64,000 nucleotides of DNA. Origin: an uncultured delta proteobacterium (lineage in GTDB: Bacteria; Desulfobacterota; RBG-13-43-22). Positions 19,194-28,848 of this stretch are shown in pieces. The stretch lies in NCBI GenBank assembly GCA_963743305.1, contig CAVUPH010000014.1, positions 416,001 to 480,000 on the forward strand, read 5' to 3'. A program made the position numbers and the translations under genes. The first letter of the stretch is position 1; every line of letters begins with the position of its first letter. The notes under the pieces were generated by a model. That model was not told where the DNA came from, did no database searches, and saw nothing but the letters and a program-made list of their open reading frames with translations.

Positions 19194-21115
19194 TGGCGGA
19201 AGAAACGAAAGAGCGCAACAACTCAGGGGAGAAGATCGGGGTTTACCTCTGTCATTGTGGAGGAAACATCTCCGATCAGGTAGCGGTGGAAAAGGTCCGG
19301 GAGCGGGCCGAGAAGATCCCCGGTGTGGCCGTGGTCCGCACCAACCCTTTCATGTGTTCGGATCCCGGCCAGGAACTGATTGCCGAAGACCTTAAAACGG
19401 GAACCGTCGAGCGGGTGGTGGTGGCCTCCTGCGCTCCCAGTCTTCATGAGACTACTTTTCGCGACGTCATGGTCCGGGCGGGCGCTAATCCCTATCTCTA
19501 TGAACACGCCAACATCCGGGAGCAAGTGAGCTGGGTCCACCACGGTGACGCGGCCACGGACAAAGCGACCCGGCTGGTGGCGGCCGCGGTGGGAAAGGCT
19601 AAATACCTAAAACCTCTGAAACCCTTGCGGGTCGAGGCCAGAAGGCATGCCACCGTGATCGGCGGAGGACTGGCGGGGCTTCGGGCGGCTAAAGACCTGG
19701 CCGTCAGGGGATTTAAGGTGGCCTTGGTGGAACGCTCTCCTTTTTTGGGGGGGCGGTCGGCCTTATTGGACCGCATTGCCCCCACGGGAGAACCGGCCGC
19801 CGATCTGGTCTCCAACCTGGCCCGGGAGGTCCTGAGCGATCCGGCCGTCAGCCCGTATACCTGTTCCCAGGTAATCGGTTTCGAAGGGACTATCGGGAAT
19901 TTCAACCTTCGGATCAGATCCGCGCCTCCGGACTCGGAAGCGGACCACGAAAAGATCCGACGACTGCCGGCCTCCGGTGTCGGATCGAGAGAATTTGTCC
20001 CTCTGGCGGGAATGTTTCCGGGCGGCATTCCTGAGCGGACCGAAGATCGAACGATCGAAACCGGGGTGATCATCCTGGCCACGGGTTTTAAACCGTACAC
20101 GCCCCGCCAGGGAGAGTACGGGCAGGGGGTATTCCCGGAGAGCCTGACCCTTCCCCAGTTTATCTTGGAGAGAGCCCGCCAAAAAACCAACGGGAAGGTT
20201 CTGGAGTTGGGCGGACGACCGATTCGAAGCCTGGCCATGATTCACTGCGTGGGCAGCCGGCAGATCCCCGGCATTCATGAGGCGGATGAGGGCGGGGTCC
20301 TTAACGAATATTGCTCCCGCACCTGTTGCACCGCCACCATTCAGGCGGCGCTTCAGGTTCGACAAAACTATCCGGGGACGCGCGTCTATGAATTCTATCG
20401 GGATATTCGCACCTATGGCCGGGGCCAGGAGGAGCTCTATCGGCAAGCCTCCAACAGCGGAGTAGTCTTCCTGCGCTTCCAGGCGGAAGAACCCCCCCAA
20501 GTGTCCCGACCGATCGACGATAACGGGTTTCCTCTTCGGATCACAGTCAAGGACACCCTGACTTTTGGAGAGGAGGTGGAAGTTCCGGTGGACCTGGTGG
20601 TGCTCGCGGTGGGCATGGAGCCGAATCCCGTGCCCGACCTGGTGGAGATGATGAAGCTTCCGGTAGGCGTCGACCGGTTTCTGTTGGAGGTTCATCCCAA
20701 GCTGCGACCGGTGGAGATTTCCGTATCCGGGATTCTGCTGGCCGGAACCTGCCAGGCCCCCATGGATATCGGCGAAGCCTGTGCCGGCGCCGGGGCGGCA
20801 GCGGTCAAAGCCTCGGGCATCCTTTCCCGGGGCTACGTGGAGTTGGATCCCTTCGTAGCCGAAGTGGATATTCAGAAGTGCCGGGGAACAGGGGCTTGTG
20901 TGGAAGCCTGTCTGAATCCGGGGGCGCTGACGATGGTGGAGACCGAAGTCGAGGGGCGGCAGATCCGGCAAGCCCGGGTGAATCCGGCCCTCTGCCGGGG
21001 TTGCGGCGCCTGTGTGGCGGTTTGTCCGGAAAACGCCATCCAGGTCAACGGGTGGACGCTGCGGCAATACGAGGAAATGGTGGATATGATCCTGGCCGAT
21101 GAATTGATTTGCTGA
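19193..21115 (+). CDS. hdrA: heterodisulfide reductase subunit A family protein
   Basis: GVYLCHCGGNI, ANIREQ, IGGGLAG, HCVGSR, YCSRTCC, C-terminal 2x[4Fe-4S]. Confidence 0.9.
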   Translation: MAEETKERNNSGEKIGVYLCHCGGNISDQVAVEKVRERAEKIPGVAVVRTNPFMCSDPGQELIAEDLKTGTVERVVVASCAPSLHETTFRDVMVRAGANPYLYEHANIREQVSWVHHGDAATDKATRLVAAAVGKAKYLKPLKPLRVEARRHATVIGGGLAGLRAAKDLAVRGFKVALVERSPFLGGRSALLDRIAPTGEPAADLVSNLAREVLSDPAVSPYTCSQVIGFEGTIGNFNLRIRSAPPDSEADHEKIRRLPASGVGSREFVPLAGMFPGGIPERTEDRTIETGVIILATGFKPYTPRQGEYGQGVFPESLTLPQFILERARQKTNGKVLELGGRPIRSLAMIHCVGSRQIPGIHEADEGGVLNEYCSRTCCTATIQAALQVRQNYPGTRVYEFYRDIRTYGRGQEELYRQASNSGVVFLRFQAEEPPQVSRPIDDNGFPLRITVKDTLTFGEEVEVPVDLVVLAVGMEPNPVPDLVEMMKLPVGVDRFLLEVHPKLRPVEISVSGILLAGTCQAPMDIGEACAGAGAAAVKASGILSRGYVELDPFVAEVDIQKCRGTGACVEACLNPGALTMVETEVEGRQIRQARVNPALCRGCGACVAVCPENAIQVNGWTLRQYEEMVDMILADELIC

Positions 21116-21137
21116 TAAGGAGAAGGAAAAGGTTCCA

Positions 21138-21473
21138 ATGACAGCAGCCGAAACGGATAAAGAAGCACGGAATAAACTCCGATTGGCCCGAAAAGGGGTG
21201 ATCGCGGGGGTTGCGGTCCGGGTCAAGGAGCAGCAGCAGGCCGTCAAGGCCCTGAAGCAGTCCCTGCAGGCGGGCGGCAAAACGGTGCCGGAACTGGCTC
21301 AGGATACCGGTCTGCCGCCTTCTGAAATCCTGTGGTATCTGGCGGCCTTGAAAAAGTATGGTGAAATCGCCGAAGGGGCCAAAGCGGGGAGCTATTTTCG
21401 CTACATGCTGGCAACCGTCCTTCCCGGTGAAAAGGCGGTGGACCAGGAGATTTCAGAAGGGGCCGCGAAATGA
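21138..21473 (+). CDS. small winged-HTH-like protein in hdr operon
   Basis: KTVPELAQDTGLPPSEILWYLAALKKYG; coupled to the next gene. Confidence 0.6.
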   Translation: MTAAETDKEARNKLRLARKGVIAGVAVRVKEQQQAVKALKQSLQAGGKTVPELAQDTGLPPSEILWYLAALKKYGEIAEGAKAGSYFRYMLATVLPGEKAVDQEISEGAAK

Positions 21474-21772
21474 TCACGGTTAACCCCTCGTTTGCGGAAG
21501 AGTTGGCCCGTTTTGGCGTGGATAGCGCCCTGGATTGTTTTCACTGCGGGACCTGCGCCGCCATCTGCCCGTTGATCTATGAGCATTTTCCTCGAAAGAT
21601 GATTCGTTATATCCAGTTGGGCGCCAGGGAAAGGATTCTGGAAGACCCGAACGATCTGTGGCGTTGCCTGCACTGCGGACTTTGCACCCAAACCTGCCCG
21701 CGGAAAGCCGATCCTGGAGAGCTGATTCTGGGCTTGAAGCGTTTTGTTGTGGACCACTGGAGGAATCATTAA
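21470..21772 (+). CDS. HdrC-like 4Fe-4S dicluster protein
   Basis: CFHCGTCAAICP and LWRCLHCGLCTQTCP. Confidence 0.85.
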   Translation: MITVNPSFAEELARFGVDSALDCFHCGTCAAICPLIYEHFPRKMIRYIQLGARERILEDPNDLWRCLHCGLCTQTCPRKADPGELILGLKRFVVDHWRNH

Positions 21773-21773
21773 C

Positions 21774-22706
21774 ATGTACCGACCCCAGGATATCATCGAG
21801 GTCTTGGCCGGTAATGTACGCCGGACCGGGAGCCCCTTCGGCATCCCGAAATTCTTGGTGAACAATTGGTGGAAAGAACTGGGGCTCCGGCAGCAGGGTG
21901 AGTCCCTGCTGTTTACGGGATTGATGTATCAGTTCGTCCCCTACATCGAGAAGGCCACCAGCATTCTGGAAAAATTTGAAGATCGCCCACTGGCCGAATG
22001 GGTGCGGTTTGGGCGGTATCAGCCCAAACGATTGGCCGGTCTGGGGCTGGCCATGATTACTCCCGGTGCAGCCAAGAAAAGAGCCCAGGTCACTCTCCGG
22101 AATATCACCCGAATCCTCACCCAATCCGGAGTGGACTTTTTTTATCAACCGCAACTGGACGAATACAGCGGGATCCTGCTTTACGATTTGGGTGATCAGG
22201 AGAGCTTTGTGACGCACGCCCGGTATGTGGCCGGCCGACTAAAAAAAGCGGGAGTACGGAAGATCATTACCGTGGACCCCCACACGACCTATGCCTTGAA
22301 GGTTCTCTATCCCCAATACGTCGAGGAGCAATTTGAAGTGAGGACTTATTTTGAACTGGCCAACGTATCATCTCAGAATGGCCGAGGCCAGGTCACCCTC
22401 CATGATCCCTGTTTTTACGGGCGATATCTGGAATTGTCCGCTGCGCCGCGAAAGGCCCTGGAAAGGGTAGGCATCGAATGCCTGGAAGTCCGGAACTCCG
22501 GCGCCTTCACCCAATGCTGCGGCGGGCCGGCGGAGTCCATCTCCCCCCTTCTGGCCCGGGAGATTATGGGGCGCAGGGTGGAAGAGTTGAAATCCACCGG
22601 CGCCCCTTTGGTGGCCATGTGCCCCATCTGCCTGGGCAACCTGAGAAAGTCCGGGGCGGAGGTAGAGGACCTGTCGACTATCCTGGCCCGCGGGTTACCG
22701 GCTTGA
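21774..22706 (+). CDS. CCG-domain Fe-S oxidoreductase (HdrB/HdrD/GlpC-like)
   Basis: HDPC...CCGG...CPIC; N-terminal CCG domain degenerate. Confidence 0.8.
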   Translation: MYRPQDIIEVLAGNVRRTGSPFGIPKFLVNNWWKELGLRQQGESLLFTGLMYQFVPYIEKATSILEKFEDRPLAEWVRFGRYQPKRLAGLGLAMITPGAAKKRAQVTLRNITRILTQSGVDFFYQPQLDEYSGILLYDLGDQESFVTHARYVAGRLKKAGVRKIITVDPHTTYALKVLYPQYVEEQFEVRTYFELANVSSQNGRGQVTLHDPCFYGRYLELSAAPRKALERVGIECLEVRNSGAFTQCCGGPAESISPLLAREIMGRRVEELKSTGAPLVAMCPICLGNLRKSGAEVEDLSTILARGLPA

Positions 22707-22789
22707 AACCCGGCAAATTTTGGATCGGCTAACGTCTTTGAACGTAACGTAAATATAACCCATTTCCAAGCAAAGAAAGGAGCAGTATC

Positions 22790-23164
22790 ATGGCGGAAAA
22801 AGAAGAAAAGATCCTGGTGATCGGCACCCATGCCTCAGACAATCCGGAGAAGGCGGCCATGCCCTTTGTCATGGCCAACGCGGCCCTGGCCATGGATGTC
22901 AAGGCCATGGTGGTGTTGCAGGGAGAAGGCGTTTATCTGGCCAAGAAGGGGTATATTGAAAACCTGGTCAAGCCGGGAGGCTTCAGCCCTTTCACCAAAC
23001 TGATGGCCGACTTCCTGGAACTGGGGGGGGCCCTCAGAGTTTGCGTGCCCTGCATCAAGGAGAGGAACATTGAAGAGTCCGATCTGATCCCAGGGGCTCA
23101 GACCACGGCCGCCGGCCGCCTGATTACCGAAGCGCTCCTGGCGGACGCCGTTTTCACCTATTAA
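22790..23164 (+). CDS. DsrE family protein
   Basis: VLQGEGVYLAKKG...VCVPC; DsrE/peroxiredoxin-like. Confidence 0.85.
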   Translation: MAEKEEKILVIGTHASDNPEKAAMPFVMANAALAMDVKAMVVLQGEGVYLAKKGYIENLVKPGGFSPFTKLMADFLELGGALRVCVPCIKERNIEESDLIPGAQTTAAGRLITEALLADAVFTY

Positions 23165-23380
23165 AACCTTTTGTCGAAATCCGGTTGGGTCCGGGTAGAT
23201 CTGGGCGAAATGCGGAAAATAATGGCCAAGGGGGGGCAAAGCCCCCCTTGGTCTTTATTATTAATAATAGTATATAAACAACCCAAGTGGTCGGATTCCG
23301 GCCATCGACCAAGCTCATGGCCCTGAGCCGGCCGAAGGGCTTTCGCCGGAATGTCGTGCAAGAAATCATGGGTGTGGGTC

Positions 23381-23407
23381 GTCACCCCGGCGAAGGCCGG
23401 GGTCCAG
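23381..23407. repeat. REP-like palindrome
   Basis: GTCACCCCGGC-GAAG-GCCGGGGTCCAG intergenic hairpin. Confidence 0.5.
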
Positions 23408-23471
23408 ACATTAATCTGGGATGAACTAAGATGTTGCTCCGATTAGGAGACCCTTAATAAAAGGAGGAGCT

Positions 23472-23994
23472 ATGGAACTTCAAGGGAAGAAGGTCATTAT
23501 CTTTCGCCGAAGAGATGTATAACGAATTTGAACTCTGGTACCCGTATTATCGGTTGCTGGAAGCCGGGGCGGCGGTGACCCTGGTCGGATCCGGGAGCGC
23601 CCAGGTTTATAAGAGCAAATTAGGACTCCCGGTCAGGGTCCAGGCGAGCGCCGACCAGGTTGATCCGAAAAATTTCAACGGGCTGATCATCCCGGGCGGG
23701 TATGCCCCGGATCATATGCGACGCTACCCGGCCATGGTCCGCCTGGTGAAGGAGATCTTTGACGCCGGGAAGGTGGTGGCGGCCATCTGCCACGCCGGCT
23801 GGATGCTGGCTTCCGCCGAGGTGGTCCGAGGGAAAAAGGTGACCTCCTTTTTTGCCATCAAAGACGACTTGATTCATGCCGGGGCGGAATGGGTCGATCA
23901 GGAGGTCGTGGTGGACGGCAATCTGATCACCAGCCGGAAACCGGACGACCTGCCGGCCTTCATGCGGGCCGTGATTACAGCCCTTAAGGGTTAA
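23472..23994 (+). CDS. PfpI/DJ-1 family type 1 glutamine amidotransferase-like protein (+1 frameshift near 23502)
   Basis: RBS AGGAGG and MELQGKKVII(F) join AEEMYNEFELWYP if one T is removed; IPGG, AICHAG, TSRKPDDL. Confidence 0.88.
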
Positions 23995-24038
23995 TACGAA
24001 AATAAAAACGATCACGCGTTCGGGAAGTTGTTTTTGCC

Positions 24039-24066
24039 GTCATGCCGGACCCGATCCGGCATCCAG
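24039..24066. repeat. REP-like palindrome
   Basis: GTCATGCCGGA-CCCGA-TCCGGCATCCAG. Confidence 0.5.
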
Positions 24067-24298
24067 GGTATTCGAAGCTCAAAGGGCTCTAGACATACGA
24101 CTATTTCCTGGACTCACTATTGATCGAAATCTCCATTTTTTGGATAGAACAGCAGCCTGGGGGGGGGGTGGTTTACGAGTCGGCGTGAGAACTCGAAGCC
24201 AAATCAAGGCCGAAAATATGACCCTGGATGGCCTGGCCATTCGATATGGGCAGTTATAGAGAAGGTGCCGGGAGATGAACGATCCTCCCGGTCTGAGG

Positions 24299-25042
24299 TT
24301 ATTTTAACAGGTTTCCCCGAACGCCGATCACTCTTTCCGCCAGGGGGATATTCTTTCCGGCCTTTTCCATGGCCTGCTTGACGATCCAGGGCAGGCCGGC
24401 GCAGCAGGGGACCTCCATGACCACGGTGGTCACGCTGTTGATCTGGGCCGTGTTAAAAATATCCGTAAACTTCTGAATATATTCCTGGACATCGTCAAAC
24501 TTGGGGCAGCCCATCATGACCACCTTGCCCTGGAGAAAATCTCGGTGAAAGTCGGGATAAGCCAAGGGGGTGCAGTCGGCGACTACCAGGAGGTTGGCGT
24601 TTTTAAGGAAGGGCGCCGTCGGGGGCACCAGTTTGATCTGCACCGGCCAATGGCTGAGGGCCGATCCCTGGACGGTTTGGGTCTTCGGCTGGTTGGCTTC
24701 CTGACAGGAGGAGACCGGGGCAAAGGTCTGCAGCGTGGTGGAGGGGCAGCCGCAGGGCAGTTTGGTTTCAGGCTGCGGAGCGGCCGGGGGTCTTATGGCC
24801 TTCAAATGCTCCTCGACGGCCTGTTCGTCGAAATCCTCGGACTCCCGTTCGATGATGTGCAAGGCGTCGTTGGGGCATTCGCCCAGGCAGGCCCCCAGGC
24901 CGTCGCAATATTTTTCGGCGGTCAGGGTAGCCTTGCCGTCTATGATCTGGATGGCGCCTTCGGCGCAGGAGGGAACGCACAGACCGCAGCCGTCGCAACG
25001 TTCGGGATCGATTTCAATGATTTTTCGTTTAATTATCATCAT
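24299..25042 (-). CDS. 4Fe-4S ferredoxin-domain protein (hcp-associated)
   Basis: CDGCGLCVPSC, CDGLGACLGECP, WPVQIKLV, GCPKFDD, MEVPCC. Confidence 0.85.
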   Translation of the reverse strand: MMIIKRKIIEIDPERCDGCGLCVPSCAEGAIQIIDGKATLTAEKYCDGLGACLGECPNDALHIIERESEDFDEQAVEEHLKAIRPPAAPQPETKLPCGCPSTTLQTFAPVSSCQEANQPKTQTVQGSALSHWPVQIKLVPPTAPFLKNANLLVVADCTPLAYPDFHRDFLQGKVVMMGCPKFDDVQEYIQKFTDIFNTAQINSVTTVVMEVPCCAGLPWIVKQAMEKAGKNIPLAERVIGVRGNLLK

Positions 25043-25143
25043 TTTTTCCTTTGGATAAGAAAGGTTCACCCACCCCCCAACGTTCGGCTGAGCCACGTCG
25101 AAGCCCCCCTCCTCAAGGGAGGGGGAGTAGGAAGCGTTTGAAG

Positions 25144-25887
25144 TTAGGAGTTCTGCGGGGTTTTTAAAAACACCTTAATGGCCAGTTCCCGGCCGCTGTC
25201 GGTTAAAAAAGATCGATCAATGATCGCGGCCAGCCGTTCCGGGGATGATGCCTTTTCTTTCTGATTTTCCTCCAGGTTGACGATCAGGTCCGCGTCGTAG
25301 ATCGCTTTGAAATTGATGGTTTCCTTTTCCCGGGGATGATGGTGATGGCCGACTATATCGCAGACCTCCTCGATCAGTTCTTCCCGGGCGCCCAGTTTGG
25401 TCAGGATCTGCCGGGCAATGGGCGGTCCTTCTTCCTCCTGGTAGCGGGCGGCCGTGCTCTGGTATTTCCGTTCCGCCTCATGGATGCCGATGTCGTGCAG
25501 ATAGGCGGCCGAGAGGATCACCGCCGGATTCCCCTTTTCCTTTCTGGCCAGCTCCTCGGCATAGCGGGCCACCCGGGTGGCATGGCCGATCCGTTTGAAA
25601 TCGGTAGTGAAGTAGCGCTTCATTTCAATGGCCACCCGGTCCTTCAGGAGATCCTCTTTTTGGGCGATTAGTTCCGGGGGCAGCCCCCCCAGGCACTGCT
25701 CCGCATGAGGGCAGTAAGAGGCGCAACCGAAATCCATTTGGGGGTTGATGATCCGCTTCCCGCATTTCTTGCAGAGTCGGGTCGTATCATCTTTAAAGAA
25801 TTCGAGCTCGGCACCGCAATGGGGGCATTGGGTCTCGAAGATCGACCCGGGTTTCCAGTAACGGCTGTCCTGTCCTGGGCATTTCAT
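25144..25887 (-). CDS. HD-domain phosphohydrolase with N-terminal Zn-ribbon
   Basis: MKCPGQD...CPHC...CKKC; H...LHDIG...HHH...DAD. Confidence 0.85.
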   Translation of the reverse strand: MKCPGQDSRYWKPGSIFETQCPHCGAELEFFKDDTTRLCKKCGKRIINPQMDFGCASYCPHAEQCLGGLPPELIAQKEDLLKDRVAIEMKRYFTTDFKRIGHATRVARYAEELARKEKGNPAVILSAAYLHDIGIHEAERKYQSTAARYQEEEGPPIARQILTKLGAREELIEEVCDIVGHHHHPREKETINFKAIYDADLIVNLEENQKEKASSPERLAAIIDRSFLTDSGRELAIKVFLKTPQNS

Positions 25888-25937
25888 AAAAAATCCTTTT
25901 ATCCTTGAATTCGGGTTGATCCGTGATCGGGGTCCAT

Positions 25938-25964
25938 TAGGGGCGGGTTTTGAACCCGCCCCTA
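25938..25964. repeat. REP-like palindrome
   Basis: TAGGGGCGGGTT-TTG-AACCCGCCCCTA. Confidence 0.55.
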
Positions 25965-25992
25965 CGACAACCATTTATGAAAACAGGATTTT

Positions 25993-27621
25993 TTATCCCA
26001 ATATCGCCTTGAGATCCTCGTCCGGGGTGGTGATGGGCATGACGTTGAACGTCTTTACCAACACATCCAGGACGTTGGGGGTGATGAAGGCCGGCAGGGA
26101 GGGCCCCAGCCGAATGTTCTTGATCCCCAGGTAAAACAAGGTCAACAAAATGGCTACGGCCTTCTGCTCATACCAGGAAAGGATCATGGACAAGGGCAGG
26201 TCATTGACCCCCACATTAAAGGCCTTGGACAAGGCCACAGCGATCTGGATGGCCGAATAGGCATCGTTGCACTGCCCCACGTCCAGGAGGCGCGGGATCC
26301 CGCCGATGTCGCCCAGGTCTTTGTCGAAGAATCGGAACTTGCCGCAGGCCAGGGTCAGGACCACCGTATCTTTCGGTGCTTTTTCAACGAATTCGGTATA
26401 GTAATTACGTCCGGGTTTGGCCCCGTCGCAGCCGGCCACCAGAAAGAAGTGGCGGATGGCCTTGTTTTTTACGGCCTCGATGACCGCTCCGGCCACACCC
26501 ATGACGGTGTTGCGGCCGAACCCGACCGTGACCGTTTTCCCGTTGCTGTCTTCCGCAAAACCGGGTAAGGCCAACGCCTTTTCAATCACCGGAGCGAAGT
26601 TTTTATCGGCGATATGAGTGACCCCCGGGAAGCCCACCAAGCCGGTGGTGAAAATATTTCCCTGGTAGGATTCCTTGGGCTTCTGGATACAGTTGGTGGT
26701 CATCAGGATGGCCCCGGGAAATTCGCCGAACTCCTTGTGCTGATTCTGCCAGGCCGTGCCGTAATGGCCGTAGAAATGGGCATATTTTTTCAATGCGGGA
26801 TAGCCGTGGGTGGGCAGCATCTCGCCGTGGGTATAAACGTTGATCCCTTTGCCTTCGGTCTGTTTCAGGATCAGTTCCAGGTCTTTCAGGTCATGGCCGG
26901 AAACCAGGATGGCCTTGCCCTTTTTATGCCCTAGGGGAACCTTGGTCGGTACGGGATGTCCGTAGGTTTCCGTATTGGCGGCATCCAGGATTTCCATGGC
27001 TTTTAAATTGGCCTCCCCGCATTTCAAGGTCAGGCCCACCCAGTCGTTCAGGGTCAGGTCTTTGTTCAGGGCGGCGGCCAATCCTTCATGGATAAAGGCA
27101 TAGACGGACTCGTCTTCCTTGCCCAAGATCTGGGCATGGTCAGCGTAAGCGGCGACCCCCTTAATCCCGAAAGTGACGGTCCAAATCAGCGCATGAATGT
27201 CTCTATCCGTAGTGGTGTCTGATTGAATTCCAACCTTCTCTCCTTGGGCGATCATTCCCTCCAGGGTATCGGCCAGGATTAAATTCGCCGGTCCCTTCGG
27301 GAAATCCACTTTTCCGCCGGCCGCTTTTACCTTGGCTTTCAATTTTTCCCGCAGGGCCACGGTCTCTTTCAGTAGAGGAGCGAACCGATCGGCGTCAAAA
27401 TCCACATTGGTCAAGGTCGAAAACAAGGCCTTGACGGTAAAAATATTGGCCTCCGGGTCGCTGATGCCCACCTTGCGGCCTTCCACGGCCACCTGGGACA
27501 ATCCCCGCATGGCATACACCACCAGATCCTGCAGAGCGGCTACTTCGGGTTGCTTCCCGCAGACCCCGACTTTGGTACAGCCTTCCCCTTTGGCGGTTTG
27601 TTCACATTGATAACAAAACAT
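25993..27621 (-). CDS. hcp: hybrid cluster protein (hydroxylamine/NO reductase)
   Basis: MFCYQCEQTAKGEGCTKVGVCGK, SGHDL, THGEML, GCDG, GQCND, SWYEQKA. Confidence 0.97.
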   Translation of the reverse strand: MFCYQCEQTAKGEGCTKVGVCGKQPEVAALQDLVVYAMRGLSQVAVEGRKVGISDPEANIFTVKALFSTLTNVDFDADRFAPLLKETVALREKLKAKVKAAGGKVDFPKGPANLILADTLEGMIAQGEKVGIQSDTTTDRDIHALIWTVTFGIKGVAAYADHAQILGKEDESVYAFIHEGLAAALNKDLTLNDWVGLTLKCGEANLKAMEILDAANTETYGHPVPTKVPLGHKKGKAILVSGHDLKDLELILKQTEGKGINVYTHGEMLPTHGYPALKKYAHFYGHYGTAWQNQHKEFGEFPGAILMTTNCIQKPKESYQGNIFTTGLVGFPGVTHIADKNFAPVIEKALALPGFAEDSNGKTVTVGFGRNTVMGVAGAVIEAVKNKAIRHFFLVAGCDGAKPGRNYYTEFVEKAPKDTVVLTLACGKFRFFDKDLGDIGGIPRLLDVGQCNDAYSAIQIAVALSKAFNVGVNDLPLSMILSWYEQKAVAILLTLFYLGIKNIRLGPSLPAFITPNVLDVLVKTFNVMPITTPDEDLKAILG

Positions 27622-27726
27622 GATCGATCTCCTTTCTTGGTTAAAGTTAGTTTAATTAATTCGGAACCAACAAGGCCCGTTTCAACGTCTTACGGTTAAT
27701 AATAAGGTGATAACGGACGAATTGCC

Positions 27727-27740
27727 TTGATTTAAGTCAA
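27727..27740. promoter_or_regulatory. Crp/Fnr-family (HcpR-like) binding site upstream of hcp
   Basis: TTGAT-TTAA-GTCAA, Fnr-type TTGAT-N4-ATCAA pattern, about 105 bp upstream of hcp. Confidence 0.6.
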
Positions 27741-27899
27741 CAATCGACTTTTATTAGACAAGAAAGAATGGAAACGATATCGATGGTTAATAATTATTAT
27801 TATTTGAAATAAATTAATACATTTGCCAGTGGGCGCAAGTAAGGCCGGAAAATTTTTTTTATTATCCTAATTTTTTTCTTGATTTCTCTTGAAATAAAC

Positions 27900-27919
27900 A
27901 TATAAATGATTATTTATAT
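27900..27919. promoter_or_regulatory. putative ArsR operator (8-4-8 palindrome)
   Basis: ATATAAAT-GATT-ATTTATAT; same arms recur at 33910-33929. Confidence 0.65.
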
Positions 27920-28022
27920 ACTTGTTGCTTCAATGGCTGATTTCAAGAATCAGGAATTTATAATGATCAAAAAGAGCAGAAACAAGATGAAGGGAATAGC
28001 GTCTGAGGCTTTTCCGGAGGAG

Positions 28023-28343
28023 ATGGGAAACCAGACGGAATGGGAACAGTCCCTATCCACGGTGGCTTTCTTAGCCAAAAGTTTGTCGGATGAAAACCGT
28101 TTGCGGGTGCTCATCAGTCTTCGCGAGGGCCGGCTTTCGGTATCCAGCCTGGTAGAGGCTTTACAATTGTCCCAGCCGCTGATTTCCCATCATTTAAAGG
28201 AATTAAAAAGGTCGCTGTTAGTCAAGGTCGAGCGCAATGGGCCTTTTATCTATTACGAACTGGCCGACAAAAGAATCCTTCAGATCATGAAAGACCTGGA
28301 GACCGTGGCCGGGGAATTACTGGCCAACCGTCGAACTTTTTAG
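28023..28343 (+). CDS. tsoR: ArsR/SmtB family repressor heading the selenoprotein operon
   Basis: LSDENRLRVL...LSQPLISHHLKELK...YYEL; GGAGG RBS before ATG 28023; symbol recalled from curated family names, not verified. Confidence 0.85.
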   Translation: MGNQTEWEQSLSTVAFLAKSLSDENRLRVLISLREGRLSVSSLVEALQLSQPLISHHLKELKRSLLVKVERNGPFIYYELADKRILQIMKDLETVAGELLANRRTF

Positions 28344-28358
28344 TCAGGAGAACACCCG

Positions 28359-28814
28359 ATGCCTGGAAAAACGATACTGGAATTTATCGAGAAACTCGAG
28401 CCGGAAAAAGCCTTAAAAGAAATTTCTCTGGCGGTCAAAACCCTTTTCCCCATGCTGGACCAGGAATCCCGTCTGAATTTTGTGGTCAGCCTGATCGGGG
28501 ATGCCGGGGCGGACAAGGTGGCCAGCCTGGTGAACCTCTGACTGGCGGAATGCATGGACGAAGGTGTCGATCCAACCAAGATGTGCCAGAGTTTAGTGGA
28601 TAAGGTCTTTCAATCCAAACAGTTAAGAACCGTGGCCGAACCGGATATTTTAGCGCTTTTTGAAGACTGGCTGGAGGAATTGGAAGAGGAAATCATAAAT
28701 ATGGTAAAAAAGACCGGTTCCGATGATCTGGGGAAGTTGGCCCGAGGATTGGGGTTGTCCCGGGCCGGCGTAAATTTCCTGATCACCAAATTAAAGAGGG
28801 AAGAAAGGATTTAA
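28359..28814 (+). CDS. tsoA: predicted selenoprotein with LULAEC (UxxxC) motif and C-terminal HTH-like region
   Basis: ORFs 28359-28541 and 28554-28814 are in frame and separated only by TGA 28539-28541; SECIS-like hairpin 28555-28574; symbol recalled, not verified. Confidence 0.8.
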
Positions 28815-28848
28815 AAAAGCCCTGACTTTTTCAGTGGAGGTGTTCGTT

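Noticed and set aside
17598-21280. Long antisense ORFs (428 and 505 aa) over the hdrA genes
   Set aside because: Shadow ORFs typical of GC-rich coding strands; no motifs
17408-22706. Possible Sec in MvhD or HdrA (known selenoprotein families)
   Set aside because: Frames are open with Cys codons; no internal UGA needed
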